A stretch of 64,000 nucleotides of DNA from Marsupella aquatica (GCA_973895155.1 OZ316894.1:2868457-2932456); one strand, 5' to 3'; positions 36,411 through 51,400 are shown, counted from the stretch's first letter. Notes: generated by a model from the letters alone, not told the origin. Program-made: numbers and translations.

Positions 36411-36890
36411 ACAAGCTCAATCCCCGTGCGTTGCACAAAAGATGTCGTGACACTCAAGATATCGATAAGAGAAAAGATGTCATGACGCCCAAGATGTAGT
36501 TAAGAGAAAAGATGTCGGTCACCCAAGATGTCGTTAAGAGAAAAGATGTTATTAAATACAAAGTCATCCATAATTAAAGTGATGTTGTTAGTCATATATG
36601 TTGTCAAGTCTCCGTTGCACGAAATATGTTGTTGCGTAAATACATTGTTGCATTTAAAATATTGTTAAATAAAAGATATCGTTAAGTAAATATGTGGTTG
36701 CTCAAAAGGGGTCGTTGCGCAAGAGATGTAGTTTACTAAAAGATGTCGTTCGGCAAAAGATGTCTGCGTAATAGATGACATTGTGCTAAAGATGTAGTTG
36801 AAAAACATCATGGTGCAAAATATATCTTTGGTAGAAAGATCTCATTGCGGTAAGAAAATTGTCGAGTGAAAGATGTCATGACACAAAGAG
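36411..36890 (-). mobile_element. Possible decayed Helitron 3' end with an adjacent degenerate AAAGATGTCGTT minisatellite
   Basis: Minus strand reads GTGCAACGCACGGGG-ATTGAG-CTTG|T, close to the plant Helitron hairpin + CTRR|T terminus; many degenerate AAAGATGT units follow. Confidence 0.35.
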
Positions 36891-37799
36891 AGGCGACAAC
36901 CACCACCAAGTACAACAAAATGAGAATGAATGTTTTAATTGTTTTTGTAATTTATATCTTTTTAACTCTTCCTTCTTTTTCACTATTTTTCTTGTCTTGT
37001 CTTTGTCTCATTGATTAGATTGTGCACTATTTTCTTGATTATGTAATATATCTGTCATTAAACTCCTCTCATGATGTCACCATGCAGCACTTCCTTTGCA
37101 TGGATGATATGGCATGGGGCATAGTATGGCATGCTGGTAGAGGCAGGAGCATGGGGTAGCATGGATGGTAAATGGGAAGATGTTGTACTTTTATTGCTTG
37201 GAAAAGTGGGTTCACACAAAACATAATTATATTCTCTTATTCCTTTCTCTTTTTACAGTTACCTTTTCTTTCACTCAAAAAGCCTCTCCAAATTTGAATG
37301 ACGATCACTTTAAAAAGTGGAGCAACTGTGTATTATAGGAGTTAATGGATCCCTGCTGGTTTTCACTCATGGACAACAAGCATATTGCTTGTGATTACAA
37401 GAATATGGTTTAAAGAAAGCACACAAGTCCCACTTCTTTCTTCAAATAGAAAAGCTATGTTGACCCATGTATGCAGGGAAACGTAGGATTGGAGAGATCA
37501 TATGCCCCCTAAAACTGTATGTATGACTTTCCTCATATTTTCAGGGCTGATGGATGTTTATGAGGGTACCGTCTGTACCTCACTGCTTGTGTATCTTCAA
37601 GGCATATATAGTGGTATCAAAGGTACACAAGAGACACTTGACACTTTTACTGAGACATAATTTTTTCACACGTGGAGACAACTGAGTGGGCAAGGAGCTT
37701 GAGATATCAACACACTACCTTAAAGTATACAAAGCAAAACATAGGGTCTAGGTGTTACCCGAGCACTCAAACATCTTCAATCTTGACAACATCTGGTAA

Positions 37800-38085
37800 C
37801 TCTACTTTCTCCCAGTCTTCCTTCTCTTCTCTTCTCTTCTCTTCTCTTCTCTTCTCTTCCTCTTTCTCCCTCTCCTTCCCCTCCTCCCTCTCCTTGTTCT
37901 AGCTCCTCTCCTGCTCTTCTTTCTCCTCCCACTCCTCTCTCTCTCTGCTGACTCTCTCTTTCTCCTTCCCTCACTCTCTAATTTCTCCCTCTCCTTTTTT
38001 TTTTCTCCCTCTCCCTTCTTCCTTCTTCCTCCTTGCTCTCGCTCCCCTCCCTCTCCTATTTCTCTTACCTCTCTCTCTTCTTCCC
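37800..38085. repeat. ~285-bp polypyrimidine/polypurine (CT-rich) low-complexity tract
   Basis: Almost exclusively C/T on the + strand; includes (TTCTC)n. Confidence 0.9.
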
Positions 38086-40014
38086 ATCAATGAATCCAAT
38101 TTTTCATTGTTCAGGTCAAAACTATTTATTTAAAACCCTCCGGTACCTCTCCACTGGCCGATCTCTGGAGTTGTGTTGCTCCTTCTGTAGTAGTCAAATG
38201 TCTTGTTTGGCTCCCTTGGTGCCAGCCTTTCCGGTCCCTTTGGTCCTGCTCCCCTCCCAAAAAAAAACCCAAAAAAAAAACACTGTGCCCACCCGTGGTG
38301 TATGTTGGTTTTTTGAATGAATTTCAATGAATTTTTTCGAGGGGGGAAAAACAAAACATAGGCCGGGAAAGAACTCGCCCAACTACTGTACTTACCAAAT
38401 GCGATAAAAGATTATTGGGATGTCTTTGGTGCGAGACTGCGAGGCATTTTTGGTCAGGTCACCTACAGACCGGAGCCCTGTTTGTGGGGGGAATCTCCAG
38501 CAGCACCTGTCTTGAATCAGAGGACCGAATTCCCAGTCAGTAGTTGCTCCATCTACCGTCTGCTTCGTCCAGGTGCCACGCCGACGGTGCACATCGATTT
38601 TGGCTCATCTAACGGGTGTAGTGGTCAAATATTCCCAAAGAAAGATCTAGACCTTCCATTTTCTCCATATCGATTTCGACGTACGATACCAATTTCCTCC
38701 TGCAGTCACGCCAACGGCGTACATGATCCCCTATGATCCAACGGCGTGAACGATCCCCTATGATCCAACGGGTTTAGATATCAATCACTCTCAAGGAAAG
38801 ACCTACACCGTTTATTTCATCGGTATGACTGTGATGAAGATACCGTCGACATTGAGGGCATGGATTGTGTGAGATCTAACGGTCATTGCTGTGAAATGTT
38901 ATCGTAGGAAGATCGTGACCGTTTCGTCTCGCAGGGTTGAAATGACTGCATAGAGATGCACCGTCGTTCGAAATCGTCCGAAGGAGTGACTGCTCGACGG
39001 TGCTTCGACGGGGCCCGGCCCAGTGGCTGCGTGACAATTGGCGGGTTGCGATTCTTGGAGGGAGGTAGGAGTGGGGGGAGGGGAACGAGAGGGAGAAAGC
39101 GAGAAAGAGAGGGAAAGGGTGGAGAAGACGACGAGAAAGTTGAGAAAAAGGAAGGGGGAGATGTTGGAGAGACGGGGCAAGGAATCTCAGCGGGGCAGCG
39201 GGGCTGGCGAGGCGGAATGTGTGAGGAGGACGGGCGAATAGTGAACGCAGAGATTTTTGGGAATGTTGGCATTGCCGAGATCAGGAAGATGTGCGACGAT
39301 TCCCGGAGGCGTTTTCGAGGATTAATTTGCAAATTTTCCTAGCGAAAACATGAGAAACTAAATACGTCTGAGAATGAATAGTCAATCAATTTCGGGCTGG
39401 AGTAGGGCTGATTGATTAGTAGTGCGGGAAGGGCAGACGGCTTTGAGGGCGCTGTATTCGACTGCATTGAGTGCACACTGACTAAGTACAGGGCTGGCAG
39501 GCATTATTTAAGGTTTTCTGGACTGTTGTTTGTTGATTATGATTGTTTGTCTGGTGGGGAATGAGACCGGAAGGGGATTGTTCCATTTATGTGCTTTTCC
39601 TGGTCGGTGTCTGATACGATCGAGGAGAAAAGCAGTGACTGCCCAGTGAGTCCAGTGATCATCATACTCCTGGCGTTTCGATTGGTGCAAGGTTTATTTA
39701 AGGGCAGCAATTTGGGGTTTCGTGAGATCGACCTGCAACCAGTTGAATCTCAACGACAGCAAACGAGAGTTTTGCAGCGTCTGTCTGTCTCTGTCTGCCT
39801 CCCTTCGTTCTTCGTTCTTAGGAGTTCGAGCGTAGCAGAGATGGGTGTTGATAATTATGGGTAGTAAGGGGTAGTAATCCCCTTCCGTTAATTCAAACTG
39901 AAGTCTCGTTTGAGTTCGCTCGTTCAGATTCTTATAGAGAACTGGATTCGTTCCGCAGTGAATCAGTGAGAGAGAAATATTGTCTGTGAAAGAGAGAGTA
40001 TCATTACTATCATT

Positions 40015-43000
40015 ATGGCATCTGCACTGATGTTATCTTCTCCAGTACATGCACCTTCTGCAATTGTGTGCCGAACGAACCAGTTGGACATTAGACTCAA
40101 TTCCGCCTGTAACTTGCAATTGTGTCGAAGTGCGACCTCTGTTCTCTTCAACAACACCCTGAGAGCCCACAAACAATTGCAGACGAGAACAGCGGGGAGG
40201 AGTAGGAGCAACGTGGTGTTTAATGTCATCAGCACTGACAGGCCTGGCTCTGGGTGGGAGGCAGTCGAGGATCACTATCCTGACACGACCGAGGACGAGT
40301 TTTCTAAAAAATTCAAGCTTCCTCATGTCACTGATCTCTTCCCGGCCCAAGCTCTTCGCTCCACTTTCTGTACCAAGAGCAGGTAATCAACCAACATTCT
40401 CTTTTGGCTTGTATTGGACCGATTTGGAAACACCAGAATTTTCACAACAGCTTGTTTTGGTATATGTATCGACCAATCACTCAACTTGGCCTTTAGGGCT
40501 AGTCTAGAGTATAATTTTGAGAGCGGAGGATGGAATTCTGTGTCATCTTGTGCGCAATTAGAGCCCGAATCAGTGTGTTTGATGTGCTGTGCTTTAACGA
40601 GTTTTCGGTCTAAATCATTTAAACCTCCCTGAAGATACCACACCCAGCCTTATTGACGAGTCGTCTTGCTTGCTAGCATCTCCGAATCGATAGTTTCGTC
40701 ACACACAAGCACCTGAAGTAGACACTGCAGCCACTAGAATTTCATACTTACGTCATTTATGTGGGTCGAGTTTCTTCCCAAGAAAGTGCGTCATTGTCAC
40801 GTCCTCATGAATGATTTACTACACGCATTCTCCACTCCGACTCTGGAATTCGCCAAGGTGGAACAATCCCTGCAGTCATTGTTGTAAGCAGGCTCTCAAC
40901 GGAGCATTAGACGTCGGTGAATTCTCCAGAATATTTGTCTCCAGAGAGTCTCAAAGACGGAGGAACAGAACTTTTATTACCTAGTACGCATGATTTGAAG
41001 AGAGGCAGGTTGAGAACGTTAGTTTGGTCAGCGTTGGTCATCGATCTTCAGAAAGCGTGGTAGACGTAATGAATTGTTGCAGGATACAGGTAGGAAATTC
41101 AGGCTTACTCAAAAATCTCAGTTCGCCCAGGTCTAATCAATTGATCAAGAGTCCAGTTCCACATGATGTGGAACTAACTTCATGACTTTTTGAAGGGTTC
41201 GTAGAATATGAGGTAGTTTAATTGCTGGCTCGTGCTACTGAGAATTTACGCGAGCGTTTTACTTTCAGGATTGCTTTCAAGTGTAAGGCAATCAGTGCAG
41301 TTCTGTATACACAGATGGAAACATGCTATCGACAATGTGGTACTCATGTTTGGGACGTGATGGAACTATAATTGAACGTATGAAGTGTTCTCTCTATAGC
41401 AAATGTGTTTGTGCCATACACTTTTCAGAAGAGAAGGTTTGAAGGAACGAATGCATGCGCAACATAACCGAGCTGGAGAGATCGAGCGAAAAAAGACCTC
41501 CTCACGGAAGGCAAAGCAACCACTGATTGTCAGCTCACTAATAGAAGTTTGTTTCTCTCGCGGTGTCGTTGAGCAGCTGCCCGCTGCCAGTTTCACCTGT
41601 TGATGTCTTGAACAGGTGGGAGGACCTGGGCAAGGTGTTCGTGCACGACGAAGATAGAGTCCTTCTCAAGGTGCGAATTCCATGCCATAATTTTCTTCAC
41701 CAACTTTCTCTCTCTGCCTGTCTGTTTCGATCTTACATACTATAATGTAACTTACACCCCATAAACTACACATTGTCGGACCGAGTCGTTCACCCTATTA
41801 GTCTGTAGTCTGTACTGTATTCGGCCACTTTAACCGCAGTTAAATGGGTAGGTTTCAGATCGACGGTTCACTGTCGACTTTGAGCATATTTACCGCCACC
41901 ATCACCGTTGATCTTTGTCAAGTCCTCCGCTGGGCAGACCTAACACGCGCGGTCAAAAGTGTTGAGCTACCCCGTGCATGCATGGAGGGCGTCACTGGAG
42001 TTCCGTGGGAACCGTCGTGTTCCATGGAGGTTCCGAGCGTCACCCTCTGTTTGAAGCATTCTTCACGCTGGTCATGGGAGGGAGGAGTGTGACTCTGTCC
42101 TGCTTGTGTGATTTTCCCTTTTTGCTGCCCTTCGTCTGTTGGGGTTTGTCTCCTGCTTTTGTGATGTCCCTAATTTTGCTGGCCTTTGTTTTTTGTGGGG
42201 TCCCTGGGTCCCTGGGTCTCTTGTTTTTTGTCTTTTTAGTTTCCCCTTCTTAGAAAAGCTGGTCACTTACAGTAACTATTTGTCACCTTTCCACAAGCTA
42301 TATTCTGTTTCGTCCCAAGTTTATATTTCTGTTATGTACTCTCAAAAATCTGGTAGAATATTTTGGATTACTGGTTCCAGTTTTGAGATCCCATCAAAAC
42401 CCACTTGGTTCGAGTCAATCAACTATGAAATATTGTTGTCTTACGAGTTATTCTCACATGCAACCAACCAAACTCCGGCACGTTTGGTTATCAACGCATA
42501 AGTCTGAAAAACCTAGGAATCTCCTCTCTCTCCTGGGATCCCCCCTCTACGATGCTATATTCCTTGTGGCAAAAACCTCTCCCCTTGATTTCAATTCAAA
42601 CCGTGTGCTAGTGTTAGCTTTTCTTGGAATCCCCTGCAGAATTGGCAGTATCCCCAAATTTCGCTCCTCACATATTTCTGTAGACAGAACTTGTTCGACT
42701 CAGGCATTCACTATCGTTAGTGGGGCCAAAGGTTATTGGTTTTAGTGCTTCTGGACAAATTACTGTCTAGGACACTCCTGTGCAGTGTACTCCATAACTC
42801 TACCAGACCTTCAATTTGTTGCTCCAAGACTTTTAGATTTTTTGTTATTGTCGGGGCTGAGATATATAATTGATCACCCTTAAATTGAAAAGTGTTATTT
42901 GATGGACCTCATAGCCCCTTGAAATTTTGGGTTTGTTGATCAACGGTCTAGATCACTCGTGGGGTCCATCAAGGAACACTTTTTATTTTAGGGGTCCAAT

Positions 43001-46000
43001 CAGATATATTCCTTTCTGTTGGGGCTCGTGTACTTTTTTGGCTTTCTGATCTTCGTTGTGTTTTTTCCTGGTTTTCTCCCCTTTACTGGGTGGTCCGCCT
43101 TTGGGATCTTGTCTCCCAGTTAGGCACTTTTTGTTCTTTTGCTGCAAGAAACATGTTTTGCTGGGTGGCTAATATATTTTTATTTGAACCCCTTAGGAAT
43201 CTGCTTCTGCGTAACTTGATGTACCCCATGAGTGATCCAGACCATTGATGAAACTTACATCCACGTACCCAAAATGTCATGGGCCTCATGAGGACCACTA
43301 AGTAATAGTTTTCAATTTTGGGGTTGATCCCCTTCGGAATCTACTTCTAAATTGTCCAATTGTAAACTTCTTCACCCCCTAGAGATTCGGCCTGTGTAGT
43401 AGACTTCTTGAAGGGTCAGCTGAGTTTTCAACTTTCTCAGTGGGGCACATCTGGTGGGAGAAATCACATTCGACCGAATACTTGAATTACAAAGTACCAA
43501 GTCAGACGATTCTTTGGAAGTGTTTCTCGAACTCCAGATTTCGGATTTGAGAACTTGAGATCGACAGTGAAGATTTTCACATGGGGTGAAGTTAGTACCC
43601 CCGTCGTCGATTGTGACCCTGTGGACAAGTTTCACAGGATGGAAAGCTATTGCAATTCTGATGCTCGAAGATTAGAGACTGTAGTGCTCTCCATTGCATA
43701 CAATCATACATATTCATAGCATGGGACCGAATGTGAACCCAATTTCTCGTAGGAATCTCGATGCTTCGATTACAATCGTCGATGTCCAGTGAGAGGGTGT
43801 AGGGCGCCGGATCTCCATTGCTATGGTCGATGATTGTTTCTGTGAATCGATACTCGTATGGGGGACTGTTGACATCGATCTTGACTCCCATTATCTGCAA
43901 TTAGAAGAAGAGCTCGATAAACTTTACTGAAGCGCTGGACATGTGGAAGCGAAGTCGAAAGCATAAGTCACATAGATATGTGAAGATACTGGCAATGAGA
44001 CCCGGGTTTTGCATTGTGTGCTCGGAGATTTCAGTTATCTCGAACCTTTGTTAGAGTAATCTGCCTAGTGCGTTCCCCGTGACAAATACAAGTCGCTGGA
44101 TTCCTGAGCTCCAAATCTGTGGAAGCAAAATCCATAACAAACCATTGAAGGACTACGACGGAGTTTTCATGATACGTCTACCTTCGGTGAGAACTTTTTG
44201 TTCTCGTCACTTGGCTGATCTTGCTATCGATTGGCGGAGAAAGATCGAGTTTCATGCTTGCGTTCCTTCTCCTGGTTTTTTGAGCTCTTGGCCGAAGGAC
44301 ACTTGTTGGGCTCTTCCAGATGCTTTGCACACTATACCAATTTCAGCTTGGGATTGTTTCGTTACTTTTGGGGCGGATTGTGGTCGTCCATCCTGTTGAA
44401 AACCTTGGTTTTGAGTCTTGTTGATATGTCGCACAGATGAAATCTATAATAACCCTGGAATAATATTATCCCAATGGAAAACGTAAGATTCAAAGCTGGA
44501 AGTCTATAAATAGTCCATCGGCCCCTCGACTTTGGAACAGAAATTGTAATACTAAGGAAAGCTTCTTGTTAAAATCTTTGTAAAAGTACAACATCGAATA
44601 TTTTGTGGCTTCTGTCGTAACATTCAGGAGTTGCATGTAAAGAGAGATGGAGTGAATACATTGAATGGGATTCAAACCACAGGTCGTGGACCAGAAAACA
44701 GTACCAGTCACTTCCAAAAATGAGCTTCCATTGCCAGAAAGGAATCCCAAGCAAGCAGACTTGAAAGATGTGGGTTTCCTGACTTCCTCAGGCAGTGACG
44801 ATCCCTTGACTCTGTACTATGTTACAGAAATCTGCTAAAGAACCTCGGTCTAAGAAGAACGATAGAGAATGAACCAAACCAACTCAAACAAATTCTCTTC
44901 TTTGTTATAGAACAGGACAAGACAGCATCTGACTAACTGCAATGTCTTGAGCACACTTTGCAGACGATAAAATACGCCAATCCCACATCCTCTGGGGCGG
45001 ATTGTGTGGATGGCAATTGCAGTTTCGTCCACCAATGGTACGTTCCTCATACAACGCTCCTCTCTGCAATTTATATACTAGTGAGCTTTCATCGATTCTC
45101 TAGTCCGATGATTTGACCGCTCGAAACATATTGCCTCCTTTGGTCGGGTGAGGAATATATGCAGCTATCGACAGCGCGGGCGTTAACGTTTCTTCCCTTC
45201 TTGCAGGGTTGCACGGGCTGGTCCGAGGTCCAAGATCTATTTCGAGCCGAAGGAAGTGAAGGCGGCCATTGTGACATGCGGGGGCCTATGCCCTGGTCTG
45301 AACGATGTAATTCGACAGGTATTGCTGTTGCTCCTTCCAATTCTCATTTGACAGTTTAAGGATTACAGCTTACTTCATAAGAAATCCGTTCGATACCGAC
45401 CGCAAAAAATGAATTGCTTCAAATAGAAAAAGGTTAATATACTCTTCGTCCACGAAAGCAAGAACAGTCGGTAGAGCTCGATGACCTGCGAGTAAATTTA
45501 AGTTGAGGACAATCAGCAGGTATCATTCAGGGTACGTTCCAAGTCGGGAATCCGACTAGCATAAGTTTACTTCAACCCATTCACAGATGGTTCCATTACT
45601 TTAGAGTGAGACTTTATGATTTTTTAGATGCAACGATCGTTGCTGTCGGTACCTGTCGTTTGAGATGATTAGCGTTAAGCTTTCAGTGCGAGGTTTTGAA
45701 TGGTTCGCTCTTTGTTTGTCCAACGTGCAGATAGTGTTGACCCTGGACGTGTATGGAGTAAAGAGTATGCTGGGAATCACATATGGATATCGCGGGTTCT
45801 TCGAGAAGGCCCTTGAGCCAATCGTTGTAAGTCTACTCGCATCGCAGAGCCATGCACAAGAATCGGGCTGACGGATTTTATCTTTTCTGGAGATCAAGAG
45901 TTTCAATGTTGGACTTGTTTAGTCGACATGAAGGACAGATGCCACGGTTAAAAAACCACAGACCAGAGATTCTCTGTTTGCTTTGAGTGAGTGGATGTTC

Positions 46001-48421
46001 TGAATGCAGCGGAGATTCTCATCTCTTGAGGTCGGACCTATTTGACAATTATTTTGCAGTTGACGAGAACCGTTGTACAAAACATTCACCTAAATGGAGG
46101 AAGTTTACTTGGCGTATCTCGTGGAGGCGCCAAAACAAGCGACATTGTTGATACTTTACAGGCATGGATCTGTTCTCCTCCCTTCCTTGGAAGCTTTCAA
46201 TATTTTCTCGTTGTCTCTATGTCAGACTTGTCTCAGATTGAGAGCGCGACATGAGCTGTAGCACAAGGGCGAAATCGCTGCCCATTCCGTCCCACGTCCT
46301 CACAAATTGGTCTCTGATACTGCAGGCGGAAGGTATCAACATGCTTTTCGTATTAGGAGGAAATGGGACCCATGCCGGGGCGCACTACATTCACGAGGAG
46401 GTAGCTCTCAGCTTCGATCGCATCGAAATTACTTTCTCCTCTTTGTCGCTAGTCCACCATGATGTTTTCGCATGGTGTACGAAGGATAGACAGTGAAGGC
46501 TTGCTCCGATTCTCGTTCGGGTTGTAGTACAATTTCCGGTAGATTGACGTCCGTCCTGTTAAACCCGTTGCGATGCAGTGTCGAAAGAGGCACATGAAGG
46601 TGGCGGTGGTAGGAGTACCGAAGACCATTGATAATGACATTTTACTCATGGACAAAACATTCGGGTTTGACACTGCCGTAGAAGAAGCTCAGAAAGCAAT
46701 CAATGCTGCATACATAGAGGTTTGTCCACACATTTTGATTATTGTGAATTTCTGTATGACTTGCGCTTCCCAAGGTCTTCAATTCATGAGATGAGGGCAG
46801 CTTGAATCCCAAACTATGATTAGAACTTTCGCGCTTTTTTACGGAGGTCGATTGTGATGCAGGCAACCAGTGCCTACAATGGCATAGGAGTTGTGAAGCT
46901 CATGGGCAGATCGAGCGGCTTCATTGCTATGCACGCTTCTCTCGCGAGTGGTCAAGTTGACGTTTGTCTGATACCAGAGGTACGCTGACAACATTATCTC
47001 TCGACATTATCCTAAGCCCAGACGACCAATGATTCCATCGTCATATGTCGGTCATCTTGCGTACATAACTCTGTGTTCTCAAATTGTTCAGTGGATGTTG
47101 AGCAATCAAGTCTTATCATCAAATTAGAGTAATTCATCTTGCGTACACAACTTTGTTCTCAAATTGTTCAGAGGATATTGAGTAATCAAGTCTTCTCAAA
47201 GAATCAGAGTAATTTTCTTGTCAGTTCTGTCGAATATAATTGCTGTTTACAGGATATTAGTGGATCTTACTGATCTGCCATTGTCCGCATGTCATTCAAT
47301 ACCCTGGGCAGGTGCCATTTTCTCTTGATGGGCCTAACGGCGTGTTACATTATCTTCGACATTTGGTCGAGGAGAAGGGAAAGGCTGTGGTCTGCATTGC
47401 CGAAGGAGCAGGGCAGGTGAGAATTCGTCTGGACTGTAGGTTTAACGCACTTGTAGCTGATTGACTGACTCTTACAATTTGACTCCATTCTTGTGCTTGG
47501 TATGAACGCATGTAAATAGAATCATCTGACAATGCGAGAGGCCATTCTTAAAGAGTAACAACTATTGTAACAAGGGGAAGGATAACCCTCCAACAGTCAT
47601 ATTCTCGAGTGGTTTCCTTGAGATACCTCTAAGAAACCACGCATGGCAGTTAAATGGCCTCCCGGAAAGGAAAACACCACCGCCTTTCACTGTTCTGACT
47701 TCATATGTTTTTGTGTCATTGTAGGACCTGCTACCCAAAAAGAATGAGACAGATCCATCAGGGAATCCAGTATTGGCTGATGTTGGAATTCATCTTCAGC
47801 GACAGGTTGGATTCCAGCAAGACCTTGTTTGTTTACTGTCAAAATTTATTGCCATTGAAGCATCCTTGGAATTTACAACAAACAGTAAATAGTGATAGTG
47901 GTCAAACCTTAGCTCTAGACGAAGTTATATGGACTACAAGAATTCTTTCATTGTCATGAAGAAAACTACAGAACTGAAAGATGAAAATACTCTGCAGATC
48001 AAAAAGCACTTCAAAGAGGCCAACGTCCCAGTCGATGTGAAATACATAGATCCAACATATATGATCAGAGCATGCAAGGCCAATGCTTCGGATAGCATTC
48101 TTTGCGCCATTCTGGGTCAGAACGCGGTATTCCACTCACCTATCTCCTCGTTTTGAGATTTCTGTCATGTCACACTGAAAGTTTTTGCTTTTGTTACTCG
48201 CTCGTCACTGGCTATGACTAAGATTTGTGACTTCTTTCTCGCAGGTCCATGGAGCTTTTGCTGGCTACAGTGGAATCACAGTTGGTATTTGCAACAACCA
48301 TTATGTGTATCTGCCCATCCCAGAAGTCATTGCCCATGCACGGAATGTCGACCCTGATAGCCGCATGTGGCACCGTTGTCTGACCTCCACTGGCCAACCT
48401 GAATTCCACTCCCAAACCTAG
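40015..48421 (+). CDS. PFK5: ATP-dependent 6-phosphofructokinase, plastid-type (PFK5-like). 13 exons, approx. 40015-40382, 41618-41670, 44964-45037, 45207-45318, 45731-45826, 46060-46161, 46326-46400, 46579-46719, 46863-46979, 47312-47416, 47726-47804, 47998-48126, 48245-48421
   Basis: Transit-peptide-like N-terminus; [104 protein letters not shown]; splice sites preserve the frame. Confidence 0.95.
42857..43018. mobile_element. MITE-like fold-back element in PFK intron 2
   Basis: Imperfect ~50-bp inverted arms (ATATAATTGATCACCCTTAAATTGAAAAGTGTTATTTGATGGACC versus the reverse complement of the right end); a related element lies at 57275-57485. Confidence 0.55.
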
Positions 48422-51400
48422 ACATCTCTGTTCTGGCCCTGCCATTTAACAGGAATCAGCAGTCCTTCCTCGGTGTTCTACCTTCAACCCATGGCATAGG
48501 GAACCGACTCAGTTCACCAGCTTAACCTCCTATACAATATTTCATAGACAAGACAGCATTCTTAGCGACAATTTGTGCTGGCAGTCGGCCTTCCGTCTGA
48601 CCTAATTCTGGATCTCCATCTTCAAAACCTTTGATATAACGTCATCTGGCACCCAGAGAGACTCTCCTCTGGACGACTATCCCTTTAGAAATTCAAATAA
48701 TTGCGCACAGAAGTTGACCTACCCTCCAGCCAATCTACAGATTCTCTCTCAGGTTCTGTCCTAATCCCAACTGGAGGCAGCTATTCGTCTGACTATCAGC
48801 CGTTTTCTGAGGGCGCAGCTGGACCGTATTCCAGGTGATGAGTATCTACAAGCCAGAACAACTTGTAACGTGGATGATGGTGGAGACACCCATTACTGTG
48901 TAAACAATGGCACGTCATTGTGTGCTGTTGTCTAAAAAGAAGGGGGTAGGAAATGTCCAGTCAATGCTACATTTATCAATTGTTACGAGCCATTCATAGA
49001 AGTACCTGATTTTCCCCACTGGGAATTGTGGAAAACTCAACCGTTTCTACATCGTTGACGTGGAAACTAGGACAGGGACTCTAGTTTAACATCACTCCCC
49101 TTGAACAGATAAATCTATTCATTCACACATTATTTTAGTGTGCTCAATCAATAAATGGGATTTCATTGTTCAACTTAGCTATTTAGCAGTAGGCAAATGA
49201 AGTAAAATGAGCACGTCCAATGCAGGGGGCTTAGACCGTTGCCCTGCATCAGGCAACCCATTGGTGTCATATCCGCGTTAGGCATGCTCTCGTGGACATA
49301 TATGTAAATGGCATTTGGAGCTTTCGTACAAGGATTGAACGCCTGATGAATATTCCCGTTTTGAGTCTCATGGAACTCATTTACGTCTCCTTGTTGCATG
49401 ATTGATTACTTGCAGCGAACTCTGTCGCAAATCACTACGTTCAATCTAACAATCTTGACTTATACCTAGGCCACTGTTTGTACGTAGTCTATATCCGATG
49501 TTCTTGCCCTCATGGACCTGAAGAGTGTGTTATCAATGAGCGTCAATGATGTCCCTTTTGTTGTCTCTTCTAACGTCGACAACCAAATTTCTTCTCAAGA
49601 TTGCTGATTAAGACAAAGCCCAGTACCTCTCCTGGTGCTCCTCACTCGATTGTATTGACCAAATAGTTAGGAGATTGAGAAACAGATGTAGAACTACGGT
49701 CACTAGCAGGACAAAGTTGTTCAATTGGTCGCGGACTTGCTGGGACTCACTTGAAGAGAAATGGCGGGCATTTCGAGCTGAATGAAGTTATGTTAACTCC
49801 GAGAGTGAGAGCAACAAAGCAAAACGGAAGGTCAGAGTTTGGGGCTCCCAAACGCACTTAAAAAAAGTGGTGAGAAGTGCTGCATTCATCGATACTGAAT
49901 GAATTTATCAAGTTATCTATGTAGCCCCCAAAGTAGTCGAAGTGATGATATGATGATACACAAAATTCTATGTCCTAGTGCAGATTCTGCGCTTGCCATA
50001 GGGATCTTTGGATGTCACAAAGCTCTAAATGCTACAAAGTACAGCAAGAGCAAGCGTCAGCATGATAATGCAGCCGGGGAAATAGATTTGGTGTAAAAAT
50101 TCCCCATGAAGTTCAAAGTACTCATTGGAATGATTCCGAACAGCACAGAGAGGGTCAGCCTTGCCGAGTTGCAGCCGAGGAAGCACGGCTCCTCCATCAC
50201 CTCCTGTCCAGGAGCTCCCTCCGAATTCCTCACACGCCTCCTAAACTGAGAGTCGGCTGTGGTCCAAGAATCCGGTGATGAAACCTGCAGTTGATTAGTT
50301 GATTACCTGCATCGCCTGCCAGACCCGTCTTTCGACTGTTGACATTTGAAGAGGGAAAGCTGATATGAGACCTTCCCTTTCTTCAGTTTGCCGGCAGGCA
50401 GGAGGTCGGTGCTCAATGAGAGAGCAAAAATTAGCTCGAACCAAGGTCGCAAACCAATTGCAACGTCGCTTTGTGAGAGGTTTCTTGACGCGGCCAAGTC
50501 AGCAATACCGCCAGGGACGACTGGTTCTATTTCTTTTTGCACAAGGACCCAAATCAAGGTCGCAAACCAAGCACCAGTTCTGGAACGAAGGCCCGTCAAG
50601 CCTTCCTACCTCGTCCCTACCGCGCTCTGCTCCATCAGATGCGTGGCGTCTAAAAAACGTTGGGCTCGTGGCAGATTCTCAGTCAGCTTTTGAGTATTAT
50701 TACCCGGTACACGGGTCACACCCAACGTTCCAGGTCGCAACGTCCAAACTCGGTGCGCACCGCGAAGATGCGGGGTCCTTGCGCAGACATCCAACATCGG
50801 GAACTGCTGAGGAAGGCGTGACCGAGTACGACCATATCGCGTTGACGCGTTGGAGAGATCCGGCATTGTTGCCGCGCATCATTCTGTCCGTATTCCTCTG
50901 ATTTTTGTGAGCTCCACACTTCAGGCCGTGCTGAGACTCCTGCGGGGTACATATAGCGATATTGCCCCTCCATATTTCATCACACCCTCAGTGGCAGCGA
51001 CATAGAGGAGTACTGTTGTGAGAGCCGAAGGTAGTACGGTTCTGAGAGCTCATAGAGATATTGTTTCAGTCGTTGAGAAGCATCGAAAAGGACGTTTGGA
51101 TTCGGAGATTTGGGAGGCTATGTGAAGCGATCTCTTGCGTCTCTCGTGGAATTGAGTCACTGATACGGGACCAAGTTGTCGAGGGTGGAGCATTGAAGGA
51201 GGTTTTGATACGGGGGTTTGGGAGGCTTCTCTACAGCGATCTCTTGCTTGGGGATTGATTTATTCGGACGGGACTAGACTTGTCGAGGGTCCGTGTCTTC
51301 TCTTCTTCGAGGAGCCTTGAAGGAAGTTCGACTGTGGGGTAGATAGTAGTTTTGAAGCGATTTGTTCTTTGGGAATTGATTCATCAGGAGGGGATTATTC

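Noticed and set aside
38883-39342. Pro/Ser-rich and Gly/Glu/Arg-rich ORFs
   Set aside because: Products of a GA/CT-rich low-complexity tract.
50303-50973. Overlapping ORFs upstream of the ASR-like gene
   Set aside because: No recognisable motifs; consistent with GC-rich promoter/UTR sequence.
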